DNA of 64,000 bases. Source: Escherichia coli O127:H6 str. E2348/69. GTDB taxonomy: Bacteria > Pseudomonadota > Gammaproteobacteria > Enterobacterales > Enterobacteriaceae. Position 1 is the first letter of the stretch, and every line of letters begins with the position of its first letter. Made by a program: the position numbers and the translations under genes. Positions 27,690 through 38,860 of this stretch are shown here, piece by piece. The stretch is from the NCBI RefSeq assembly GCF_000026545.1, contig NC_011601.1. The stretch is one strand, 5' to 3'. The notes under the pieces are model-generated. The model made no database searches. It worked only from the letters and a program-made list of their open reading frames with translations, and was not told where the DNA came from.

Positions 27690-29879
27690 TCAGAATTGAT
27701 ACGTGCCGGTAATGCTGAAATTACGCGGTGCGCCGTAGACGATAGAACCTTCCACGTTGGTATCGTAGGTTTTGTCGAACAGGTTATTGACATTCCCCTG
27801 TAACGAGAAGTTTTTCGTCACCTGGTAGCGGGTGAAGAGATCCACCAGCGCGTAGCTGCCTTGCTCGGCGCGGAAGGTGCCATACGGTGTCACGGTGTCG
27901 GTATACACGCGATTTTGCCAGTTAACACCACCGCCGACCGTCAACTCTGGCATGACAGGCAACCGATAGCTGGTGAACATTTTAATCGTGGTGCGTGGCA
28001 GATTAGGATTAACGGCGTTTCCTTCGTTATCCTCTGCAATATAGCGCGTTGCGCCAAACGTCAGCTGCCAGTTGTCGGTAATTGCGCCGTTGAGTTCAAA
28101 TTCCACCCCTTTACTGACTGTTCCATCCACCGCTTTATAGGCGGTTTCGCCGTTGCTGCCGGGGATAGGTGTACCGGTGGACTGAGCGACATTATCCTGC
28201 TCAATACGGAAGATGGCTAACGTGGTGGTCAGACGGCTATTCATCCAGTCCGATTTCAGACCCAGCTCGTAGTTGTTACCGGTGATTGGCGCCAGATATT
28301 TGCCTGAACTGTCACGATCCTTTTGCGGCTGGAAAATAGAGGTATAGCTGGCGTAGGTCGACCAGTTATCATTGATGTCAAACACCAGTCCAGCATAAGG
28401 CGTGGTGTGGTTTTTCTCCATGCTGTAAGTCAGCGTATCAACTCGCCAGTTGGTATAACGTGCGCCGAGGATCAGATGCAGCGGATCGGCAAGGGTGACA
28501 CGAGTGGCAGCATATAACGATTTCATATGTGTGGTATCGTCCTGCGCCAGGCTCTGTGGTGACCAGTCGGTTTGTGGGAAATTGCCATTAAAGTTGTAGA
28601 AACTGCCAATTTCATCCGGGAAGATGTTTGCCCATGAACTGAAGTAACGATTGTTTTGTTTGCTGTAACTGCCACCAAACATTAGATTGTGCTGACGACC
28701 AAACAATTCATAACTACCGTCAGCAAACAAATCCAGCGCATCAACTTTACGTTTGCCGCTGTTCCAACCGGTGCCGCCGACATAATCAAAGCCAGGTCCA
28801 TAATTACTGTATGGCCCAACCAGCATACCATCCGCTTTATTTACATAGGCATCGACATACATCATTTTGCTGTCAAATTCGACTTCGGAGTGGGTGGCAT
28901 TCAGTGTCGCTTGCCAGGTATCAGCAAACCGCTGCTTGAGGGTCATAAAGACCTTGTTGATCTCTTTATCGTTATACGCCCAGTCAGGTGCGGTACTGCG
29001 CGCGCGATCGTAACTGTTGCCGCTGCCATCAGTATTCCAGCGCGGTAAACCGCCCCACGTTGGGCTATTAACATCAATGCGCTGATATTCGTAACCGGCT
29101 GAAAGCGTCGTAAGATCGCCTAAATCAGCATCAACAATGCCGGAGAAGAAGGTCTTTTCACTGTTGTAGCGGTCCAGCCATGAGTCGTTATTCTGGTAGC
29201 CGCCGACAATTCGCGCGCGGATTTTACCATCTTCGGTGAGTGGACTTTGTAAATCCGCCACATACCGTTCTTTGTTCCAGCTACCGTATTCCGCCGAGAC
29301 ATCGCCTTTAAATTCACGACTGGTCGCGTGTTTTCGAACCATATTAATTGCCGCAGATGGATTACCCGTACCGGTCATGAGGCCTGTCGCGCCACGCACT
29401 ACTTCTACGCGTTCAAACAGTGCCATATCAGAAAGTGCGTCGCCCAGATTCCAGCGCGATTCAAAATAGGTGGGGATACCATCAACCATATAGTTATCGA
29501 TCTGGAATCCGCGGGAATAATAAAGAGCACGATCGGAATCCGCCTGACTTTTGCTGATCCCCAGCGTGTTTTCCATCACTTCGCCCAGCGTTTGTAACTG
29601 CTGATCTTCCATCCGCTGCTGGCTAACAATAGTGACCGACTGAGGAATATCACGTTGAGTCATCTGCATTTTGGTACCCGCAGAGGTAGACGTTACGCTG
29701 TAATCATTTTCGTCATCAACTGGAGTAGTGGCTGAACCCTCAACAATCACCGTTTCTTCAGTGGCTGGTGCAGCAAAAGCGGCGGAAGGTAAGAGTGCCA
29801 GTGCTATGCAGGCGGCAAGCAGTGACGGTTTGGAGGTGGTTTGATGTTGATTATCCCTGTTAAATTGTGTTGAAAGCAT
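27690..29879 (-). CDS. fhuE: TonB-dependent ferric-siderophore outer membrane receptor FhuE
   Basis: 729-aa ORF with signal peptide, TonB box region and C-terminal aromatic residue. Confidence 0.95.
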   Translation of the reverse strand: MLSTQFNRDNQHQTTSKPSLLAACIALALLPSAAFAAPATEETVIVEGSATTPVDDENDYSVTSTSAGTKMQMTQRDIPQSVTIVSQQRMEDQQLQTLGEVMENTLGISKSQADSDRALYYSRGFQIDNYMVDGIPTYFESRWNLGDALSDMALFERVEVVRGATGLMTGTGNPSAAINMVRKHATSREFKGDVSAEYGSWNKERYVADLQSPLTEDGKIRARIVGGYQNNDSWLDRYNSEKTFFSGIVDADLGDLTTLSAGYEYQRIDVNSPTWGGLPRWNTDGSGNSYDRARSTAPDWAYNDKEINKVFMTLKQRFADTWQATLNATHSEVEFDSKMMYVDAYVNKADGMLVGPYSNYGPGFDYVGGTGWNSGKRKVDALDLFADGSYELFGRQHNLMFGGSYSKQNNRYFSSWANIFPDEIGSFYNFNGNFPQTDWSPQSLAQDDTTHMKSLYAATRVTLADPLHLILGARYTNWRVDTLTYSMEKNHTTPYAGLVFDINDNWSTYASYTSIFQPQKDRDSSGKYLAPITGNNYELGLKSDWMNSRLTTTLAIFRIEQDNVAQSTGTPIPGSNGETAYKAVDGTVSKGVEFELNGAITDNWQLTFGATRYIAEDNEGNAVNPNLPRTTIKMFTSYRLPVMPELTVGGGVNWQNRVYTDTVTPYGTFRAEQGSYALVDLFTRYQVTKNFSLQGNVNNLFDKTYDTNVEGSIVYGAPRNFSITGTYQF

Positions 29880-29940
29880 TTGAAATCTCTTGGTTTATGT
29901 TGTCGTCAGGCTCATGCCGGAGGAGGGGGATGAGCGGTTA

Positions 29941-29995
29941 TATTTAGTGTGCGAATAATTTTGCATGTAAATGCAAATGAGAAATATACGCATTC
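29941..29995 (-). promoter_or_regulatory. candidate Fur box / fhuE promoter region
   Basis: AT-rich hexamer repeats (gaataat...aatgagaaat) upstream of fhuE; weak match to the Fur consensus; fhuE iron regulation is established knowledge. Confidence 0.3.
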
Positions 29996-30212
29996 ATATT
30001 TGGCGTGTAAACCAAACAGAGAATGTCTTTTCAGCGCATTCGCAGGCAGAAATGGGAATAATGGCGATATATCCGGCAGCAAAACGATTTTTTGCTTAAG
30101 AAATCGTGAGTTAAGGTTGAAAGAGCAGGTTTAACTCGACCATACTCTATACTCGCAGTGTGGCGCGGCGTAGCATGGCGCAACGCATGGCTATTTGAAA
30201 AAGGAAAATGTC

Positions 30213-30572
30213 GTGGCAGAAGAAACTATATTTAGCAAAATTATTCGTCGTGAGATCCCCTCCGATATCGTCTACCAGGATGATCTGGTAACGGCGTTTC
30301 GCGATATTTCGCCGCAAGCGCCAACGCATATTCTGATCATTCCAAATATCCTCATTCCGACTGTGAACGACGTGTCTGCTGAGCATGAGCAGGCGCTGGG
30401 ACGCATGATCACCGTAGCGGCAAAAATTGCTGAGCAAGAAGGTATTGCCGAAGATGGCTATCGTCTGATCATGAACACCAACCGCCATGGCGGACAAGAG
30501 GTTTACCACATCCATATGCACTTGTTGGGTGGCCGTCCGCTGGGACCAATGCTGGCGCATAAAGGTCTGTAA
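30213..30572 (+). CDS. hinT: HIT-family purine nucleoside phosphoramidase HinT
   Basis: 119 aa from a GTG start ([16 protein letters not shown]); HIT motif HIHMHLL. Confidence 0.9.
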   Translation: MAEETIFSKIIRREIPSDIVYQDDLVTAFRDISPQAPTHILIIPNILIPTVNDVSAEHEQALGRMITVAAKIAEQEGIAEDGYRLIMNTNRHGGQEVYHIHMHLLGGRPLGPMLAHKGL

Positions 30573-30574
30573 CG

Positions 30575-30952
30575 ATGAGAAAAGGATGCTTTGGGCTGGT
30601 GTCTCTGGCGTTGTTACTGCTGGTGGGCTGTCGTTCACATCCGGAAATTCCGGTGAATGATGAGCAATCGCTGGTGATGGAGTCATCTTTATTGGCTGCG
30701 GGCATCAGTGCAGAAAAGCCCGTCCTTTCGACGTCTGATATTCAACCTTCAGCATCCTCAACGCTATATAACGAAAGGCAAGAACCCGTTACCGTTCATT
30801 ATCGTTTTTACTGGTATGACGCCAGAGGGCTGGAGATGCATCCTCTGGAAAGGCCACGCAGCGTTACCATTCCCGCACATTCGGCGGTAACGCTGTACGG
30901 CAGCGCCAATTTTCTGGGGGCGCACAAAGTCAGACTTTATCTATATTTGTAA
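30575..30952 (+). CDS. ycfL: lipoprotein YcfL
   Basis: 125-aa ORF with lipobox LVGC. Confidence 0.85.
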   Translation: MRKGCFGLVSLALLLLVGCRSHPEIPVNDEQSLVMESSLLAAGISAEKPVLSTSDIQPSASSTLYNERQEPVTVHYRFYWYDARGLEMHPLERPRSVTIPAHSAVTLYGSANFLGAHKVRLYLYL

Positions 30953-30965
30953 GGGGTGAATCTTG

Positions 30966-31587
30966 ATGACAAAAATGAGTCGCTACGCCTTGATTACCGC
31001 GCTGGCGATGTTTCTCGCCGGGTGTGTGGGGCAACGTGAACCTGCACCGGTAGAAGAAGTGAAACCAGCGCCGGAACAACCAGCCGAGCCACAACAGCCT
31101 GTCCCCACAGTGCCCTCGGTGCCGACGATCCCGCAGCAGCCAGGCCCAATTGAGCACGAAGATCAAACTGCACCGCCTGCGCCGCATATTCGCCATTATG
31201 ACTGGAATGGTGCAATGCAGCCGATGGTCAGTAAGATGCTTGGGGCTGACGGCGTGACTGCGGGTAGCGTCCTGCTGGTTGATAGCGTTAACAACCGTAC
31301 TAACGGTTCGCTGAATGCCGCAGAAGCGACCGAAACGCTGCGAAATGCGCTGGCTAATAACGGTAAATTTACCCTGGTTTCCGCCCAGCAGCTGTCGATG
31401 GCAAAGCAACAGTTAGGTTTGTCGCCGCAGGACAGTTTAGGCACCCGTAGTAAAGCCATAGGCATTGCCCGCAATGTCGGCGCTCATTACGTGCTGTACT
31501 CCAGCGCCTCTGGCAACGTTAACGCTCCGACCCTACAAATGCAGCTGATGCTGGTGCAGACGGGTGAAATTATCTGGTCAGGTAAAG

Positions 31588-31607
<20 letters not shown>
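30966..31607 (+). CDS. lpoB: outer-membrane lipoprotein LpoB (PBP1b activator)
   Basis: 213 aa with lipobox LAGC and Pro/Gln-rich linker. Confidence 0.9.
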
Positions 31608-33448
<1,841 letters not shown>

Positions 33449-33470
33449 CCCTGGCTTATGTGAGGAAGCG

Positions 33471-34013
33471 ATGATTATCTATTTGCACGGTTTTGACTCT
33501 AACAGTCCGGGTAACCACGAGAAAGTCTTACAATTGCAGTTTATTGACCCGGATGTACGGCTAATAAGCTACAGTACGAGGCATCCGAAACATGATATGC
33601 AGCATTTGCTCAAAGAAGTGGACAAAATGTTGCAACTGAACGTCGACGAGCGCCCGCTCATTTGTGGTGTTGGTCTGGGCGGTTATTGGGCTGAGCGGAT
33701 TGGTTTTCTCTGTGATATCCGCCAGGTGATCTTCAACCCTAATTTGTTCCCTTATGAGAACATGGAAGGGAAGATTGATCGCCCGGAAGAGTACGCCGAT
33801 ATTGCCACTAAGTGTGTGACCAACTTCCGTGAGAAGAATCGCGATCGTTGCCTGGTGATTTTGTCGCGTAATGATGAAGCGCTTAACAGCCAGCGGACAT
33901 CTGAAGAGTTGCATCATTATTACGAGATTGTCTGGGACGAAGAGCAGACGCACAAATTCAAGAATATCTCCCCGCATTTACAGCGCATTAAAGCGTTCAA
34001 AACCCTCGGGTAA
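33471..34013 (+). CDS. ycfP: esterase YcfP (UPF0227)
   Basis: 180 aa from [18 protein letters not shown]; ORF track frame extends upstream. Confidence 0.85.
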
Positions 34014-34039
34014 ATGCCCTCGTCGCATCAGGTAACCTT

Positions 34040-34138
34040 GCCGGTACCTGATGCGCTCCGGATTCTGTGGGTTGGATAAGGCGTTCCGCCGGATCCGACA
34101 GTCGAGCATCAATGCCTGATGCGCCTCTTATCAGGCCT
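34040..34138. repeat. REP element cluster
   Basis: Palindromic units gccggatccg... / gcctgatgcgcc...ggcgcatcaggc downstream of ycfP. Confidence 0.5.
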
Positions 34139-34411
34139 ACCGAACGCCCTCCATACACACCTCACTCTATATCATTCTCACAAATCAGCTCAAATAATAA
34201 ACAACAAACTCTGTTTTTTGATCTCACCCGGTAAAGTCGCCTATCTTTTCAGCAACAAAACTTGATTAACATCAATTTTGGTATGACCAATGCACCATTC
34301 ATGTTATTCTCAATAGCGAAGAACATTTTCATTGCTGTAACCTGTTGTTAATTAAGAGCTATGTTAATAACCATTAATTAACAATTGGTTAATAAATTTA
34401 AGGGGGTCACG

Positions 34412-35716
34412 TTGACTACGCCATTGAAAAAAATTGTGATTGTCGGCGGCGGTGCTGGTGGGCTGGAAATGGCAACACAGCTGGGGCATAAGCTGGGACG
34501 CAAGAAAAAAGCCAAAATTACGCTGGTCGATCGTAACCACAGCCACCTGTGGAAACCGCTGCTGCACGAAGTGGCGACTGGCTCGCTTGATGAAGGCGTC
34601 GATGCGTTGAGCTATCTGGCCCATGCGCGCAATCATGGTTTCCAGTTCCAGCTGGGTTCCGTAATTGATATTGATCGTGAAGCGAAAACAATCACTATTG
34701 CAGAACTGCGCGACGAGAAAGGTGAACTGCTGGTTCCGGAACGTAAAATCGCCTATGACACCCTGGTAATGGCGCTGGGTAGCACCTCTAACGATTTCAA
34801 TACACCAGGTGTCAAAGAGAACTGCATTTTCCTCGATAACCCGCACCAGGCGCGTCGCTTCCACCAGGAGATGCTGAATCTGTTCCTGAAATACTCCGCC
34901 AACCTGGGCGCGAATGGCAAAGTAAACATTGCGATTGTCGGCGGCGGCGCGACGGGTGTAGAACTCTCCGCTGAATTGCACAACGCGGTCAAGCAACTGC
35001 ACAGTTACGGTTATAAAGGTCTGACCAACGAAGCCCTGAACGTAACGCTGGTAGAAGCGGGCGAACGTATTTTGCCTGCATTGCCGCCACGTATCTCTGC
35101 TGCGGCCCATAGTGAGTTAACGAAACTTGGCGTTCGCGTGCTGACGCAAACCATGGTCACCAGTGCTGATGAAGGCGGCCTGCACACTAAAGATGGCGAA
35201 TATATTGAGGCTGATCTGATGGTGTGGGCAGCCGGGATCAAAGCGCCAGACTTCCTGAAAGATATCGGTGGTCTTGAAACCAACCGTATCAACCAGCTGG
35301 TGGTGGAACCGACGCTGCAAACCACTCGCGATCCAGACATATACGCTATTGGCGACTGCGCGTCATGCCCGCGTCCGGAAGGGGGCTTTGTTCCGCCGCG
35401 CGCTCAGGCCGCACATCAGATGGCAACCTGCGCAATGAACAACATTCTGGCGCAGATGAACGGTAAGCAGCTGAAAAATTATCAGTATAAAGATCACGGT
35501 TCGCTGGTATCGCTGTCGAACTTTTCCACAGTCGGTAGCCTGATGGGTAACCTGACGCGCGGCTCAATGATGATTGAAGGACGAATTGCGCGCTTTGTAT
35601 ACATCTCGCTGTACCGAATGCACCAGATTGCGCTGCATGGTTACTTTAAAACCGGATTAATGATGCTGGTGGGGAGTATTAACCGCGTTATCCGTCCACG
35701 TTTGAAGTTGCATTAA
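34412..35716 (+). CDS. ndh: type II NADH:quinone oxidoreductase
   Basis: 434 aa from a TTG start ([17 protein letters not shown] Rossmann motif) preceded by an aaggggg SD; the ORF track ATG at 34385 lacks an SD. Confidence 0.9.
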   Translation: MTTPLKKIVIVGGGAGGLEMATQLGHKLGRKKKAKITLVDRNHSHLWKPLLHEVATGSLDEGVDALSYLAHARNHGFQFQLGSVIDIDREAKTITIAELRDEKGELLVPERKIAYDTLVMALGSTSNDFNTPGVKENCIFLDNPHQARRFHQEMLNLFLKYSANLGANGKVNIAIVGGGATGVELSAELHNAVKQLHSYGYKGLTNEALNVTLVEAGERILPALPPRISAAAHSELTKLGVRVLTQTMVTSADEGGLHTKDGEYIEADLMVWAAGIKAPDFLKDIGGLETNRINQLVVEPTLQTTRDPDIYAIGDCASCPRPEGGFVPPRAQAAHQMATCAMNNILAQMNGKQLKNYQYKDHGSLVSLSNFSTVGSLMGNLTRGSMMIEGRIARFVYISLYRMHQIALHGYFKTGLMMLVGSINRVIRPRLKLH

Positions 35717-35726
35717 TCGGCTTGTA

Positions 35727-35815
<89 letters not shown>

Positions 35816-35942
35816 ATTCCTTCAGACTCCTCCGAATCCCTAAGTATTTCCAGCCATTCCCGCGCTTTTCATCTTCTGTCTGATAGCTGCTTTTCTCCTT
35901 CGCTTGCATGATTGGCATAACAGCAAAGAAGGAGGTATTCCC

Positions 35943-36482
35943 GTGAATAAGTCAATGTTGGCGGGTATCGGGATTGGTGTCGCAGCTGCGCTGGGCGTAG
36001 CGGCAGTGGCCAGTCTGAACGTGTTTGAACGTGGCCCGCAATACGCTCAGGTTGTTTCTGCAACCCCAATCAAGGAAACGGTTAAAACACCGCGTCAGGA
36101 GTGTCGCAACGTTACAGTGACCCATCGTCGACCGGTGCAGGATGAAAATCGCATTACCGGGTCGGTGCTCGGCGCTGTTGCTGGCGGCGTGATTGGGCAT
36201 CAGTTTGGTGGTGGTCGCGGTAAAGATGTCGCCACTGTTGTGGGGGCGCTGGGGGGTGGATATGCAGGTAACCAGATCCAGGGCTCTCTCCAGGAAAGCG
36301 ATACTTACACGACTACGCAACAGCGTTGTAAAACGGTGTATGACAAGTCAGAAAAAATGCTCGGTTATGATGTGACCTATAAGATTGGCGATCAGCAGGG
36401 CAAAATCCGAATGGACCGCGATCCGGGTACGCAGATCCCGCTAGATAGCAACGGGCAGCTGATTTTGAATAACAAAGCATAA
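35943..36482 (+). CDS. ycfJ: glycine-zipper membrane protein YcfJ
   Basis: 179 aa from a GTG start (MNKSMLAGIGIGVAAALG); Gly-rich segments. Confidence 0.85.
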   Translation: MNKSMLAGIGIGVAAALGVAAVASLNVFERGPQYAQVVSATPIKETVKTPRQECRNVTVTHRRPVQDENRITGSVLGAVAGGVIGHQFGGGRGKDVATVVGALGGGYAGNQIQGSLQESDTYTTTQQRCKTVYDKSEKMLGYDVTYKIGDQQGKIRMDRDPGTQIPLDSNGQLILNNKA

Positions 36483-36543
36483 CAAGGTTGTACTCTGCAA
36501 TTTAGCCCCTCATTCGCTCAAGCTGAGGGGCTTTTTTTGCGAC

Positions 36544-37176
36544 TTATTTCAGCAGTTCCGGCCATAAACGCAAAGTCGTTCGGGCAATCTGCATCAGTTT
36601 TTCCAGCGATGCACCTTCGCGTGCGCTGATCGACATCCCCTGAATAATACAATTAAGGAATTCTGCCAGATGCGTCACGTCACAGTGGGGCGGGATTTCC
36701 CCGCGCGCTTGTCGTTGACATAAAAACTGCTGCAAAGTGCGCTCTTGCATCGCATGGCGTGATTTCAGCGTATTGGCGATATCTCCAGAATCCGGGGAGA
36801 GGGTGGTGCAGTTGTTGATCATGAAGCAGCCAGCCGGAGTGTCTTTGCTGGTAAAGCAGTTGGCGATGGCAGCAAAATAGTCAGCCAGCGCAGACTCCAC
36901 GCTTTTCTCTTCACAAAACAGCTGTGCTTCATGCTTGGCGGCAAAACGATCGATATAGCGGTCGAGTACGGCGCGGAATAACCCCTCTTTGTTGGTAAAT
37001 TCCGCGTATAGCGTGGGCGCTTTAGCTCCGGTCGCTTCAACGAGGTCCGCAAGAGAAGTCGCTTCATAACCGTGCTGCCAGAACAATTTCATGGCCTTAT
37101 CAAGCGCGGCATCCCTGTCGAACACTTTTGGGCGGCCACGGCTTTTTTTTACACATTGTGTTGAGTCAGTTGCCAT
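36544..37176 (-). CDS. comR: TetR-family repressor ComR (YcfQ)
   Basis: 210 aa from MATDSTQCVKKSRGRPKVFDRDAALDKAMKLFWQHGYEATSLADL (TetR HTH). Confidence 0.85.
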   Translation of the reverse strand: MATDSTQCVKKSRGRPKVFDRDAALDKAMKLFWQHGYEATSLADLVEATGAKAPTLYAEFTNKEGLFRAVLDRYIDRFAAKHEAQLFCEEKSVESALADYFAAIANCFTSKDTPAGCFMINNCTTLSPDSGDIANTLKSRHAMQERTLQQFLCQRQARGEIPPHCDVTHLAEFLNCIIQGMSISAREGASLEKLMQIARTTLRLWPELLK

Positions 37177-37331
37177 GATGCCGTTGTACCTGGTGACTGT
37201 GAATGAAAGGTTATTATAAAAATAATCACCTCCGTTCACCAGTCCACAAACCATAAAAATAATTGCTTTCTATTTAACTGAAATTTAAAGATTTTTAAAT
37301 TAATTAATGATTGTTATAAAAAATATCTTGT

Positions 37332-37349
37332 ATGTGATCCAGATCACAT
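37332..37349. promoter_or_regulatory. perfect palindrome ATGTGATC-ca-GATCACAT in the comR-bhsA intergenic region (candidate operator)
   Basis: 8-bp inverted repeat with 2-bp spacer, contains two GATC sites; positioned upstream of bhsA. Confidence 0.35.
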
Positions 37350-37416
37350 CTATCATTTAGTTATCGATCGTTAAGTAATTGCTTGCGACGTCATTCATCT
37401 GCATAAGGCCACTATT

Positions 37417-37674
37417 ATGAAAAACGTAAAAACCCTCATCGCTGCGGCGATTTTAAGCTCAATGTCATTTGCCAGCTTTGCGGCTGTCGAAGTTCAGTCA
37501 ACGCCAGAAGGCCAACAAAAAGTCGGTACTATCAGTGCTAACGCGGGGACAAATCTGGGATCGCTGGAAGAGCAGCTGGCGCAAAAAGCGGATGAGATGG
37601 GCGCAAAATCTTTCCGTATTACTTCTGTAACCGGTCCGAATACCCTCCATGGAACAGCAGTAATTTATAAATAA
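37417..37674 (+). CDS. bhsA: stress-induced outer-membrane protein BhsA (YcfR, DUF1471)
   Basis: 85-aa ORF with signal peptide. Confidence 0.9.
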   Translation: MKNVKTLIAAAILSSMSFASFAAVEVQSTPEGQQKVGTISANAGTNLGSLEEQLAQKADEMGAKSFRITSVTGPNTLHGTAVIYK

Positions 37675-37713
37675 GTATTAACCCTCATTAATGCCTGCTA
37701 CTGCTGATTTTTT

Positions 37714-37747
37714 CCCCGCGACATGCCGTGTCGCGGGGATTTTTTTA
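37714..37747. terminator. bidirectional rho-independent terminator between bhsA and ldtC
   Basis: Stem ccccgcgaca/tgtcgcgggg flanked by T-runs on both sides. Confidence 0.65.
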
Positions 37748-37755
37748 TCCGAGCT

Positions 37756-38718
37756 TTACAGAGTTTGTGGGCTCACTTGATGACGGCGGACATCCACCGG
37801 CATCCCGGAACGGACATCCATCACATGTTGCATCACTTCAGCGTCAGTTTGTGCTGCATCTTTAAATGATTGCATTGCGCTATTCAGCGTAATTGGCAGC
37901 AGCTGCGGATCGTCATCAATCTTCTCAGACAGCGGCTGATGTACTTCAACCAGACGCGCACCGTTTGGTTCGGCAGAGACTTTTATCGGAGTGTTGATGA
38001 TATTCACTTTGGTGCCTGGGGTGACCTGGCTAAAGAGTGTTTTGATATCGTCATCCCGCAGACGAATACAGCCAGAACTTACCCGCATGCCAATGCCGAA
38101 ATCGGCGTTCGTACCATGAAGCAAATAAACGCCGCCATAGGCCGCCAGACGAATCGCATGATGGCCCATTGGGTTATCCGGTCCTGCCGGCACTACCGCA
38201 GGCAACTCAATTCCCTGTGCCTTATACCGCGCGCGGATGTTTGCCGTTGGCGTCCAGGTTGGGTTTGCACGTTTGTCTGAAACGGTAGTCACCATCGTTG
38301 GCGTCAGCGTGTCACCACCTAACTGACCAATGCCGATGGGATACACGGTTACCGAATTTTTACCCGGCGGGTAGTAATAGAGACGCAGCTCCGCAATGTT
38401 GATCACAATGCCTTCGCGCGGCGCGTCTGGAAGTAGGGTTTGCAACGGGATCGTTAACACGCTACCCGCGCGCGGTACGTAAGGATCAACGCCGGGGTTA
38501 GCCTGTAACAGAGCGAGAAAGCCGACGTTATATTTTTTGGCGATCGCTTCCAGAGAACCACCGTCATTTTCCACCACATGAAATTTGTTTTCACCAACCA
38601 GACGACTGCCCGCTGACGGCAGCGGCCAGGTGTTGGCTTTTGCCGGTAGCGCCAGCGCCACGGCAGCGGCGAACGTAAAAAACGTTAGCCAGCGAGAAAA
38701 ACGCGTTTTGATCATCAC
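37756..38718 (-). CDS. ldtC: L,D-transpeptidase LdtC (YcfS)
   Basis: About 320 aa from a GTG/ATG start (MIKTRFSRWLTFFTFAAAVALALPAKA); LysM and YkuD domains (catalytic Cys in SSGCIRLRD). Confidence 0.85.
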   Translation of the reverse strand: MMIKTRFSRWLTFFTFAAAVALALPAKANTWPLPSAGSRLVGENKFHVVENDGGSLEAIAKKYNVGFLALLQANPGVDPYVPRAGSVLTIPLQTLLPDAPREGIVINIAELRLYYYPPGKNSVTVYPIGIGQLGGDTLTPTMVTTVSDKRANPTWTPTANIRARYKAQGIELPAVVPAGPDNPMGHHAIRLAAYGGVYLLHGTNADFGIGMRVSSGCIRLRDDDIKTLFSQVTPGTKVNIINTPIKVSAEPNGARLVEVHQPLSEKIDDDPQLLPITLNSAMQSFKDAAQTDAEVMQHVMDVRSGMPVDVRRHQVSPQTL

Positions 38719-38860
38719 CAAAGTCCATAATAAATATAATGTTATTGTAATAAAAAGGTAAGTCTGAATTATGGAGGGTGACAGTGTCGGATAGTGCAGG
38801 GAAGTGCAAAGAATTTGTAAATGTTGCAGATGGGGGCGCAGAGACGCCCCCGATTTACCA

